A stretch of DNA of 64,000 bases from Orbicella franksi. Taxonomy: Eukaryota. The translations under genes and the position numbers were made by a program. Below, piece by piece: positions 1-11,501 of the stretch (its first letter is position 1; every line of letters starts with the position of its first letter). The notes under the pieces are model-generated. The model was not told the origin of the DNA. It saw nothing but the letters and a program-made list of their open reading frames with translations, and searched no databases. The stretch covers positions 558,001-622,000 of the forward strand of contig OZ116703.1 in NCBI GenBank assembly GCA_964199315.1, in the 5' to 3' direction.

Positions 1-1474
1 CTAATTCGAGGATTTACGGTACGTCCACTTATCATCGCTGTCGGCCAAATCGGCTGGTGCATCGTCAACATCAAATTCTAGATAACCCAATAGCGATGAG
101 TGCCGGCTGAAATTTGCAAGCTCGCAGCCCACTGGAATGATCATGTGTCATATATTTACACAGGTGTTTGACGTAATAGACTCTTTTTCAGTGGTAAAAA
201 AATAAACAGACCTTAATTTTACTGAAGTGTGGTTGACAGAGATGTATTTGTCAGTCAACTTTTGATCGCCAAAAAAGCGACGAAACGGCGATGATGTTTG
301 ACGTGTCTGTTCGGCGGCAATCAGAAGTTTTTCGAATACCACACACGTACGTAAATTTTTACGGAGGTTTAACTTTGTCAAATGACAATTTTTCGTGTGT
401 TTGCCGAGTTTTCGGGACTAATTTTTGCGTTTGACAAAGACTGGCTTTTCTTGCAATGTTCGGGACTTTTGTCAGTAAGGGATTTTCCCAACTATATGAA
501 TCATATATAACCTACGCATTACAAACAAGAGAATCACATATGCTCCTCTGGGAATGAAGCATCTTCAGATGTTCCATTTTTATAAAGCTCAAGCAGCTAA
601 ATATCGACTATCTTTCATGTAATTTTTCTTTTATCGACGAAAATGTGGTGGCATTTTTTCATTTAAAGTTTGGAAATTAGACGTGAGAGCGATGTTAACT
701 AAGACAACGGATAAGGAAAAGGTCAAGTTGAGCGCGCACTGTAACGTGGGTGGCTGTATGTAGAGGGCAGGAAATGTGTCTAAACTTCCTGAATGTTATT
801 AAGCAATTGAAGTCCGCGGATGGATCTGTTCTGTTGTTTAACGGAAGTTTTTTCATGTCCGTTTGTGCGTCCGGAAAGCCGAGGGCGAAACTGAACGTCT
901 GGTTGCCTAGGAAATGTCTGACTTAGTCTCAGAGAGAGAGGGAGACTGGATTCTAAACCTAGGTCTGACTGGGTGAGACATCGACAAACTGTCGTTTCAT
1001 AAATTAAAGTGGCCAGACGAGTGAAAAAAAACAAACAAACGCTGTACCGGATTTTCTGTTAAAACATATCAAAGTTGTCTCACGTTTTTTGATTCATCAA
1101 GGCTTGAGAAGCAACATTTGTAATTATTTTTATGTCAATGTTAGCAGTTCACTGTTCTGACAGCTTCACGTGGGCAGAATATTTCCCTCAAGGTGTTGTT
1201 TCTAAGAGACGTTTAAATCACCGGCACCCACTTTGACGTACTTTCAACGGACACCGAGTGAGTGGAAACATATACAAACGTGTTACAACTTTATGCTCGG
1301 CTTAATCAGCCCCGAGGAAATTGTCCAGTGTCGACCGCTTATATTTAATAGTGCTTACAAGAGAAGCGCACTAACATACAATAGTATTTTATATGAAATA
1401 TAAATTTATCCAATTCTATGGCAAGCAGTTCATGATCATATCCTGCTAAAAATTCTTTTGTATTTTCGTGGGAA

Positions 1475-2578
1475 TTACGAGCTAATTCTTACAAGGTTTT
1501 TCAATAACTCGTCGTTTTTTAATTTCTCAATATTCTTTTGCTTGGTCAGCAGTTCGTCTTGCCTCTGAAGTTCCTGAATGTATTGCACCGCAGATTTAAG
1601 TACAAGTATTTTAGAAACTTTGTGTCTGCTCTCTATTTCTGGGATGCATTGTCTCAATTTGTCATATTTAGAATTCATTTCGCTGCGACGTTTTCGTTCG
1701 AGTTTATTCCTGAAACCTACAACAACTCCACAACCCTCCCCGATTTCCTTTTGTCTTCCTCTTTTTCTTCTTCCTTTGTTTTGTGCCAAAGCAGGCTGCT
1801 GTCCAAGCTCAAGTTGTTGCACCTTGCAAACTCCAAAGCAATTGTCATTATTCAAATTGAAGAATACCTCCAGATCTTGAGCGTTCGTTTGTAAATAATC
1901 GTCCTCCACCGTGTCAGCAATTTTACTCTCGCTATCTTCGCGTTTTAATTCTGTTCCTTTACATTCGTCCTGGTTTTGTTCTACAACAGGAAATTCAAAC
2001 ACTGTAGTACTAACTGAACGTTCAAGACGCTCCAGAGTTGCCGCCGGAGTGAAATTCTCGGGTAGGTACATGGAGAGGTCCTCGGAAGGTTTGCGACCAA
2101 ACGGACTCAACAACATCATGGCTAAGGGACTTGCAGGTGACGAGATATCACCTGGATTTTTTGCAAGCGGCGAGAATGGAAAGGTTGGAGTACATAGTGG
2201 TTCTGCTGAATTAAACGCATCCAGAAGAATTGATTTATTCAATTTCGGACTCCAAGGGTAGTTCAAGTTTCGCTTGATTTCAGTCTTCGGTTCAGTGCGA
2301 CAATGTGATATGTTTTGAGATCCTTTTACCGCACGTTTCTCGCGGGAAACAACCTCATGCATTGCGAGATAGGGACTTGGAGAAAGATCTTCAAAAACGC
2401 TGTCGTTTTCTGGAACCACTTGTAAACTGTCTTCCTCCCGTTTCTTTGACAGGGACCGTAAAACTTTCTCTTGTAACTGTGTCAGTGTGTTCTGGCTGCA
2501 TCCATACATGTCATTAGCTGGCCAGTTGGCATAAATGTCGTTCATTTGAAAAGATAACATCGTAGATTCATTAGCCAT
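1475..2578 (-). CDS. myc: Myc-like bHLH-leucine zipper transcription factor (367 aa, coding region in one exon)
   Basis: The C-terminus RNKLERKRRSEMNSKYDKLRQCIPEIESRHKVSKILVLKSAVQYIQELQRQDELL...LKNL aligns by eye with the Myc bHLH-LZ ([45 protein letters not shown]). The domain sits at the extreme C-terminus, as in Myc. A probable acceptor (ttctgcttcag|cccATG) just before the ATG suggests a non-coding 5' exon. Confidence 0.8.
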   Translation of the reverse strand: MANESTMLSFQMNDIYANWPANDMYGCSQNTLTQLQEKVLRSLSKKREEDSLQVVPENDSVFEDLSPSPYLAMHEVVSREKRAVKGSQNISHCRTEPKTEIKRNLNYPWSPKLNKSILLDAFNSAEPLCTPTFPFSPLAKNPGDISSPASPLAMMLLSPFGRKPSEDLSMYLPENFTPAATLERLERSVSTTVFEFPVVEQNQDECKGTELKREDSESKIADTVEDDYLQTNAQDLEVFFNLNNDNCFGVCKVQQLELGQQPALAQNKGRRKRGRQKEIGEGCGVVVGFRNKLERKRRSEMNSKYDKLRQCIPEIESRHKVSKILVLKSAVQYIQELQRQDELLTKQKNIEKLKNDELLKNLVRISS

Positions 2579-4381
2579 GGGCTGAAGCAGAATTTTACAA
2601 GCAGTCTTATGTCAGCGATTAAGATGTCTCAGGTTAGTTCAACTGAAGCTTTCAGTTCGAAATTTCGTACGGACGAAATAATCTTGAAACGCCCGGATTT
2701 GGTCTATATTTATGAAGATAAGCAAGGAAAACGTTTGCGCTGTGATTCGCCCAAAACAACAGAACTACCTGCTATGAGTTGGCTATTCAGCACTTTGTTA
2801 CGTCATACCTTTTTTCGAAGCGCTTGTTTATCAACAAATCAATTCGAGATTCTGCTACACCGCCTAACGTATTTGGAATAATTTCGAGTCGGAAGACTTT
2901 TTTTTAGCGATTATTGCGAAAAAATTAATTTTAGTCTTGAAAGTTTTGTCTTGAAATAACTCGTAACAGATTTTGTTAATTTTTGAATTCTAAAGGATTT
3001 CCGAGTAATTTTAGTCTGTGACATAAATGTCGGCTAGCAAGCACCTGTTTAAACTAGAATATTCTCCAAGCCCGTTACCATGGAAACTCACGATCAACAA
3101 GAATCAGCGAGAGAACTGAGCCTTTATCTTTGCTTTTTTTTAGACAAAAAACTTGAAATTATACAGTAAAATGCAAGAAAATCGCTTTCTCCCTCTTCAT
3201 AAAGAGGCAAAAATAAGAAATAAATTTTTGAAGCGAAAAGTCTGGTAGGTTTAATTATTAATACTCCACGAACCGCATAATCGCATATCATTCAAAGCCG
3301 AATGGAATCATTGTTTGTTTTTAAGGCCGAGAGGTATTGCGAGAACAATAGTAAAACTAATGGGTGAGAAACTTGACATAAAAATGATTGCAGCGCATTT
3401 TAAGAGCTTTTTATCAGACAAAACATCAACGGAACTGTGACTAATAACAAATAACAGAGATGTTTCTTGTTTATTTATCGACCGTCAGTATTTGTGTCAA
3501 GTTTATGGTTCTACATCACTCGAATATTTAACCCTCTGGGTTTTTTTTTTGTGTGTGGCAAAGCGAAAAAAGTGTTTCTTCTCACTTCAGAATCCCACCC
3601 TCATTGCATATAGCAAGAGGTACACATTTATAATTTGACAGTCACTCTCTATTTTTCTTGCTACAAATTAATACTCTAACCCTGAGTTTGATGTTGTTTT
3701 CCTCTCGAATTTTCTTCAAACTGTGCTTTGAAAATTTGCTTTCTTAAATTTTCGATTAGAACATTTCAGGTGACTCTGCAAAGAAAGTCTACTTCGGGTT
3801 TTCAAATATACACAGCAAATAATAACACCTTTTTGAATGCTCATAATTTAATTATCAACGAATCTAAATATAACTACCTAAAACGACATTCCATTGTCAT
3901 TCAGTCCATTTCATGCTTTAGCGTGTAGTCTATTTTATCACAATAAAATATCGTTCACTAACTAGGCACGAAATTTGCTAAATACTGCTAACTTGTCTCG
4001 CTATTTTCAAAAATCGCCTGACTTTCTTTTCTAACCGTTTACATGTAATTAAATTAATACAAAGAAGTGGTCAAACAGTGTGGTCTGTTTTTAGACCAAA
4101 CGAAGTTCTAGTCGACACATTTTTTTTCTGTAAATAGTAAAATTACGTGTGTATCTTGCTATTACTCAACGTAAATCTTTTACGCGATATTTTCTTAAAA
4201 CGTTTAAGATAACCCAAAGTCAATCATTTGGTCTTCACACATATTCTACAAGCTAAGTGAACTTTTCTGTTTAATTACATGTACGGTTGAAACAAGGACA
4301 ATCCTAAAACTGGATCTCATAGGACTTCTATCCTTTCTTCAAAAATCTGTTCCTGGTGGCAAGTCAAGACTTTTCACGCAC

Positions 4382-7300
4382 TCAATTCTTGCACTTCAGC
4401 TGACCAGTTAAATCGATGAAGCAAACATTTCCTTCGTCTTCGGCCACAAGACTTGGGCACCGAGCCTCTTCGCACAAGGGGCGGTTTTCAGTAGCAGCTT
4501 TTCCTTGGTCACGGATGATGACATTTCGACCTAAGAGAGCGCTCTCCTTGTGTCCATGGTGATAGCAGACTACCGTGCGCACGTGCAGTGGCGTGGCGTT
4601 AGTTTGACGCAGTCTTCTTCGCTTCAGAAGAAGGACAGTGATCGCCACAATAAGACAAGTGGAAGAGACGGAAATGATGACCCATTCAAACACATCTGCA
4701 AGTGAAGTGGTTTGTTAAATGCTGCTGAATGAGATAACGGGGCTCGCGCTTTTTAGGCGATTGGTGAAGAGTCGAAAGAAGCGCTTGAAAAAACGATTTT
4801 CAGAGCTAGAAGAACAAATATTATAAACCAAAAAAGCAGTACAGATGGCTGAAACTGGAAAAGATTAAGACTGATTAACACTTTATCTTAAACAGATTTC
4901 TTTTTTCTTTAATTGAGTGTTCCTAAATCAGTGAACACTAAACTAGGAGGTTTAGTGTTTACTAAAATCTATATGAAAAATCTATATTTAGATACAAATT
5001 TTAACAGATTTGACCAAAAGATGTAATTTTCCAAAGTAACGTTAACATCCCAAAATCTGAAATGGGAGAACAAATAATTGAGCTATAAAGGGCTCATTTC
5101 TGACCCACCTTTCGTTTTCCTTTCGTTCTCGTTCCCCGCATGCGCACTGGTTTTTAAGCCTCGGCTGCATACTGCCTCGTCACAAGCACATTGGCGAGTT
5201 CTCGCTATGTCACGCCAACAAGCCTTCCACTTCACGCATTCTTCAACTGAGCAGTGCGTGACAGGACTTGCCTCAACATTCTTTGTTTGCACATCGCTTG
5301 ATGTTGTTATGTCCGTTGTCATTATCGAAGATTCGATTGGTGACCGAGCCGGAGTTCTGTTATAAAATTGACGCTTCTTTTTTCCTTTTGTGTTGTTATC
5401 GGAGTAAATCCGTTTTTTCATGTTTTTCTTGTGTTTATCTTCCTTAGTCTTCTTAGGTGAAACAGGTTTGGTGTTTTCACTGTGTTTGTTGGGTGGGGTG
5501 GGTGGGGATGTGGTCAGGTTACTGGACATGGTGGGTGATGATGTTCTGTTTGCTGGGATGGTTAAGTTTGTGACATTTAACTTTGGTCCTTTCTTATCTG
5601 CAGAAAGGAAAAAGAAAAAAACTCTTGAATGAATGAATCAGAATTAATTTATTAAGTAAACGTAGATGTCCAAAGTATTTTGTTTTTTGTCGTAAACGAA
5701 GGAAGAAACGACCAACAAATATATAATAATAATAATAATAATGATGATGATGATGATGATAATAATAATAATGATTATGTTTCATGGGGAAACTCAACTC
5801 GCCATGGCGATTTCAGTGGGCCTTCAAAAGAAAATTAGAAAAGAAAAATCGATCAATCGATCAATGAGTTAATTAATTAACTAACTTAAAAAAACAGTCA
5901 AATTCTAAAAATAGATAACTACTCAAAATATAGAAGTTTATGAACAAACCAAACAAACTAATAAGCAAACACATTAACCAAGTGAACTGACGACTCAACG
6001 AGCCAACGAACGACTGAATGAGCCACTAACACACGTGCTAAAGCACGAACTAACACAAAAGCTAGGTAGTTGCCATGGTTACTCACCGCAGTGAAGTTCA
6101 TCGGAGAAGTCACGACAATTAATGTCGCCGTCACATCGCAGACTTGGATTGATACATTTAGTGGTATCACACTGGAATTCATCTTTCGAACACAAACCAT
6201 GACCTTGAAGAGAAAAGGGTACCGTGTTATAATTAATAAAGCTTTTACTTACTATACGACTTGGACGAAGTTTCTATTAAACAATTGGATTATTCGCTCG
6301 CGATTTATATCGCGTGATAGTTGACGAGGGCGCAGCCCCAGCCACTGTCACGCGATAGAACTCAAGAGCGAATAATCTAATTGTTTTAGTATAAATCAAC
6401 TTTTCGTTCAAAACTTTGTCTAAATTCTCTCGACAGATACCTCGGAAACACAAAGAATCGACCGTCATTTTGATAACAAGCGCACACGGCTAGGCTACTC
6501 ACAATCTACAACAGAAGAGATAGTGAGTAGCGTAGCCAATCAGCGAACGGCATTCGAGATAGAACGCTAGTAGATTTATACTAATAATTATTATCATAGT
6601 TAACTACAGAGTTAGAGACAACCACTGGTCAAAACTTCAACTGACAAATCGTTTCGTGACATTAGCAGCGATGTGTTAACTGGAAACTGACGCCTCGAAG
6701 TTCGTCAAAAATACTCGGCTACGCGTCGTATTTTAGACTCCCTTCTCAGTGTTTAGAAATGTGGTTAAACACGATCTTTCGTGTTTGATATATCACATGA
6801 ATTCTGTCCATTCTCTAATTTTCGTGGACTACGCATCCATCGTGAAATTCGTGGCGTAGAGCGGTGTCGACCTTTAATTTGTTTACTAAACAAATCATTC
6901 TGACATGGCTACGCCCATATCCACATTTATCAGTAGGAAAATATCAACTTTAGCTCGAGTACGTGTGCACAGTGGACACACCAAGAACACGCTAGTTTAT
7001 TTTAAAAAAGCATTTACAGCGAAATTTCGGCCTTTACAAATAAAATGATTTTTTGACCAGCAAACTAAAGTTATTAGTTAAAATATAGCGGAAGGGCTAC
7101 TTCTCTGACAAATAAATAAGCCAATAAATAACTTAGACTTAAGCCAAGTAACGTGACTTTGCTCATCTAAACAGCATAGACATGTCTGTCTTTCAAAGTT
7201 CTTCTGAGCTCGTTGGCGTACCTGCAGACTAACAGAAATTGTCGCCGAATATCCAGCGACATTCGTCCGGCGAAAGAAATATTTAAGATAAATTTAAATA

Positions 7301-7895
7301 GATTTGTAAATAAGACCCACAAAGAATTTATAATCGAGGTTAAATAAACTGCAGGTATTATTATAAGATATTAAGCTCTCAAAAATAAGAAATAAAAACT
7401 CTAACAAGCTCTAATAAACTGGGAAAGTCAAATAAATTCCCGATCCACGAAGCCAAATTTGGAATAAAACGGTGGTGGCGTTTAATCAAAAAACTGTGGT
7501 ATGCACATTGCGATCCAGGTGCTCACGTGCGATCACGCGGTCCGGGCAGACTGAATCAACTGCCGGTACGTACAGCTCCCGTAAAATTCTCAAAGTTGCA
7601 TTTGTGATTCAAATTCGAAGCTGCTGGCAATAAGTCTCGGATTGATCCTACAATAATTAGCAATTCTAAACAACACTCTGAACCACACCTTAAAATCAGC
7701 GTCGTAAAATTAAACAATGTTCTCTCGAAAGTGGGTTATCATTTCATAAAACCAACTTTTGCATCGACGACATCTTGCAGTCTTTCGCTCTGATTCAAAG
7801 CAAATCGCGATGAGCTGTGACTTGTACTTACCGGTAGAGATGACCGAGAGAAAAATCAAGGTCAGAAAAAATGATGTAGGAATCTTGTTGAGCAT
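4382..7895 (-). CDS. Type I membrane protein: signal peptide, one LDLa module, Ser/Thr/Lys-rich stalk, Cys-rich juxtamembrane patch, TM helix, short tail (~327 aa)
   Basis: Exons 7895-7832 ([22 protein letters not shown]|gtaagt), 6203-6087 ([35 protein letters not shown], LDLa pattern with SDE), 5597-5109 and 4695-4382 (TM segment [20 protein letters not shown] followed by KRRR). All introns are GT-AG phase 1. The 984-nt total is in frame to a stop. Confidence 0.85.
5721..5778. repeat. Compound microsatellite (ATA)n(GAT)n(AAT)n
   Basis: Read directly from the sequence. Confidence 0.9.
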
Positions 7896-8344
7896 TTGTG
7901 ATTCAGAGGTGGGACAGCAGACAGCGAGGGGCGTCACAGGCTGCGGGATGAAGCGAAAGCTTGTCAGCTGACAAACAACAAGTTGTTTTATAGACATCTT
8001 AGTCCTCTGGGCTTTGAAAATTTAGTTACAGCTGTAAATCGCAATCACACGCTGAATTCTTTCAGATCACAACAATAACAATGTTTCATTCGGAAGGTTG
8101 GTCATCGGCATATGCTAATAACCATTCGAATTTTTGTTGTCATCGAGCAATTCCTAATTATTCTCCTAATTTAAATCACAAGTGAAGCGGTAAGCAAACA
8201 TAGGAATGAGCCAACTGATCGTTTTAGGAATGCATAACAGTTTGTTTATGAGAAGATGTAACACAATCTGGGTGGCGACACTTACCATTCCTCCATTCCT
8301 CTCCCCTTTTGGACTAGACAATTAGTAGTTTGAAACTACTGTAA

Positions 8345-8626
8345 GGGACGGACCATCATATTTTTGAGGGGTGGGGGGAGGGTCAGTCAATTTTCTGGAG
8401 CATGAATTTTTTTTTTTTTCTCACCTTTAGGTTGTGCATGAATTTTTTGGTGGGCAATAGCTTGCGCAAGAATTTTTTCATTACGTGGATAGTAGAAAGC
8501 ACTTGCTCGATTTTTATTTTCATGCGGCTTCCCTTGCACGAATTTTTTTTTAGCAGTGTTTGCTGTGCTGGAATTTTGTTTTGAAAATTGCTTAACTCCC
8601 ATCCCCCTCATTAATGGTCCGTTCCC
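8345..8626. mobile_element. MITE with GGGACGGACC-type termini (PIF/Harbinger-like)
   Basis: The left end taa-GGGACGGACCATC and the right end ATGGTCCGTTCCC-aa form an imperfect TIR around a poly-T-rich non-coding interior. Confidence 0.6.
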
Positions 8627-9489
8627 AATTGTGAACTGATTGTTCAAAGTTTAAAAATGTAACATAAGATAAGCGTTAAGAGACAGTGACAGTTTCTGTT
8701 GACAAATTTCTATCCCGCTGAGCGTATCTGAAACTGTAAATTTGATTTAGTTCAATAAAAAAAAGCTCAGAGCAAACTAAACTTAAGTTGCAAATGAGGA
8801 AATAAGACTGGATACGCGTTTTAAACGTAGCTGCACTCTTGTTTCAAAGTAAAGCTTAGTGTATTCAATGTGCAACTGAGTCGCGCCAGTGCTGAATTTT
8901 CCGGAAATACTAAATGTACCAGAGTTCAAAAAGCTCCAAAACTGTAGCCAGCTTTTCGGAATGTTTCGTAGAAATTACCCCGCTTCAGTTTAATCTTTTT
9001 TGATTAAGATCTTGATTAGGTTTCTGTTCTGGAATTACTCCTAATTTAAGTTTTATTGTAAATAGTGTGAAAACAAGCAAATAGGCTCAGAACAGAACTA
9101 ATATGGGCGAGATGGATACGATTCTGAATTTTTTTTTATTTCATACCACAAATCAGGAATAGCGGAGCGTATTTTGAATTGGGGGCAAATATGTGACCTG
9201 ACATCGGCAAATATGGGACCTTTCACGCGAAAACGTTCTTTACGGTATCCGTTCGAACGGCTGAACGCACGGCAAGTGAACTAACCTGCGAACAGGCTCC
9301 CAGCGAGGGCGGAAAAAACATTCCAATGGTTTAATGTTTTTCTCGTCTCGCCTTCTTCCCTATTCGGCCATACCGCCCTTGTCCTGCCTTCTTCCCAACT
9401 CGGCCACCGCCATACTGCTCTTTTGCGTTCGCGATGGCTAAACACTCGTCCTAGTGACCCTTAGAGAGAAAACCGGCTGCCAGCAGACT

Positions 9490-9736
9490 AAGAGTAATCC
9501 GTCACGAAAACGGAGCTTTTCGAACGCTCTTCAAACTGGAGGGATTTGACAAGGTCGGCTTCGGTTGAGTTTTGGTGTGGACGGAAAACATTTTAAAACG
9601 GACCTTTTCGAACACGATAGGATCAGGAGAACCACCTGATTACCCTGGCCGAGATTTCCTCAAACAAAAATATAAAACAACCGGTGATTGTTGCGTTTTT
9701 AAATTCCTCCGGTGTAGTGTGGACGACCGGGCCTAA
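9490..9736. mobile_element. MITE related to the 20272-20528 element, opposite orientation
   Basis: Shares ACCGGTGATTGTTGCGTTTTTAAATTC..CCGG and a terminal GTGTGGACG..GGGCCTAA with the reverse complement of the 20272 element. The left end is unresolved. Confidence 0.55.
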
Positions 9737-11501
9737 GCGTCCTAGGCTCCTAATGAAGACAATAATCAGACGGCGTTCTTCAATGAGTCCAAAGAGAAAA
9801 AAATCGGAGGAGGTCCCACGCGAAGGAGAAATGCACCATAAATAAACACCGTAAACAAAATAAATATTTAGGAGAGTAACTCTCTGAGGACCTCAATCAA
9901 GTTTAATATTCGTTATATGTTACCAGCATTATCACGAAGGCTGACCCGGTGGCTAAATAAAGTTTTACTTTACTTACTTTTACTTACTTTTACTGTCGGA
10001 TTTATCGGAAGGAACCCGGCTGGAACACATTTAAGAAAAACTCTTGTTATCATTAGTAAGAGACCACCTGTGTGGGATTCACATACCCAAAAGGAAGTTC
10101 ATTGCATCCAGATCTTGGGTATACAATTTATTATCCAATACCAGGGTACGTGATTCGCGTACTTTAAAGGAAATTCATGACATCCATATCTAAGGTGTAC
10201 AGCGACAAGCCGCTCGTTTTGTTAATCATTTTTATGATTCCCCTTTAACACAATCGGGAGCCTGTTCACAGGCTAAGTTGGCAGAGATCTTGTATACGAA
10301 TTGAAAAGACCTCTACGCCACCTTGCCATGCTCTAATATACAGGCAATACTAATGTCAAAGCTTTACACCCGCAAATCCTTTTCTGTGCGGCAACGTTTT
10401 TTTGTCTGTAAAGGATATAACGTGGCTTAGGTCTTTATGACACAAACGTTTCCCTTGTGCAGTCTCTCGTTGCTTACGCAGCTGTCTTTTCGAGCGGTAA
10501 AATAAAATGACACATAATTCTAACGTGTGTTATCGTTTCAGCCCTTTTGGACGAAATTCGTGCAGACCTTTTGTACGATAGCCGGATTCAGATATGGTGT
10601 GTCATATTCTCTTGGTCCGATGCACTGCCAAAAATGATCGGTCGACAAAATGGACAAGAATAACACAGAAGCTCATAGTCCTTGTGCAACGTTTAATTAT
10701 TTTCAATTGACTTATTCCTATGATCTGTATCACAATTGTTTGGACCTATAGTACTATGAGATCCACGAAGATCAAAGGCATCAGAGGTCAAGAAAAGGAC
10801 GAAAAAGACCAGAAAATGGTGTCACGTCTGCCACGATTTGATGATATTTGTGAAGACTCTATTTACTATTTACTTTGAATGAATGATATCCTTCTAGTTC
10901 AAAGAACGTTCACTTATCACGGAAATCTAATTGGTATGCTTGTAAAATAGCAAATCATGCATCACGTTATGATGTCCTGTCCCGCGTCACGCGGTTAATT
11001 TGGTCTCAATCACGAATCACGCTGCTAATTTTGGGGCGATCACGCGTCACACAAAAACCCTTTGCTACCTTCTCGCTGAAAATTTACGATTTTTATTACG
11101 ATCAGCGGATAGTGTGTGCTCTCGGAGCTCCTCGAAAGTTGCCCGCCACTATTGCGCGATCAGTTTACTTCAAAGTAACCAAGACCTGTTGCTATCAAGT
11201 GGCACCATCATGGGCTCGGGGGTGCTTTCCCGGCTATATTAGGCTGCGAAAACTCTGCAGACTGTTTGAAACTCATAGATGTGCGGTATCCGATTGTCGT
11301 TTCCGTGACAGGATCAAACTGGTGCCCAGCGCTTAACCTGTATGGGCTAGGAATTGATCCTAGGCTAGAAACGGTTGGACTGCCTAGTCGGGGATGAGAA
11401 GGGTGGGGGGGGGGGGGCGAGGGGGAATATATTATCTCCCCTGGAGTACTTCTTCTCGCCAGGGAGCTTTTCTACCCGTCACGTGGAGATTACGATTTTT
11501 T

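Noticed and set aside
1-22. Possible pogo/Tc1-like terminal repeat (reverse complement TACCGTAAATCCTCGAATTAG)
   Set aside because: Only one end is visible at the window edge and cannot be paired.
148-1034. Short minus-strand ORFs at 148 and 780
   Set aside because: No recognisable motifs or convincing splice partners.
1538-2517. Plus-strand ORFs (1538, 1578, 1911, 2305)
   Set aside because: Antisense shadows of the Myc-like CDS.
5594-5797. His/Tyr-rich 67-aa ORF
   Set aside because: Translation of an intronic trinucleotide microsatellite.
11394-11501. N-terminal extension from the upstream ATG of the 476-aa ORF
   Set aside because: It runs through a poly-G tract with no UBR5 similarity. 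The ATG at 11502 (or 11556) fits better, though the true start is unproven.
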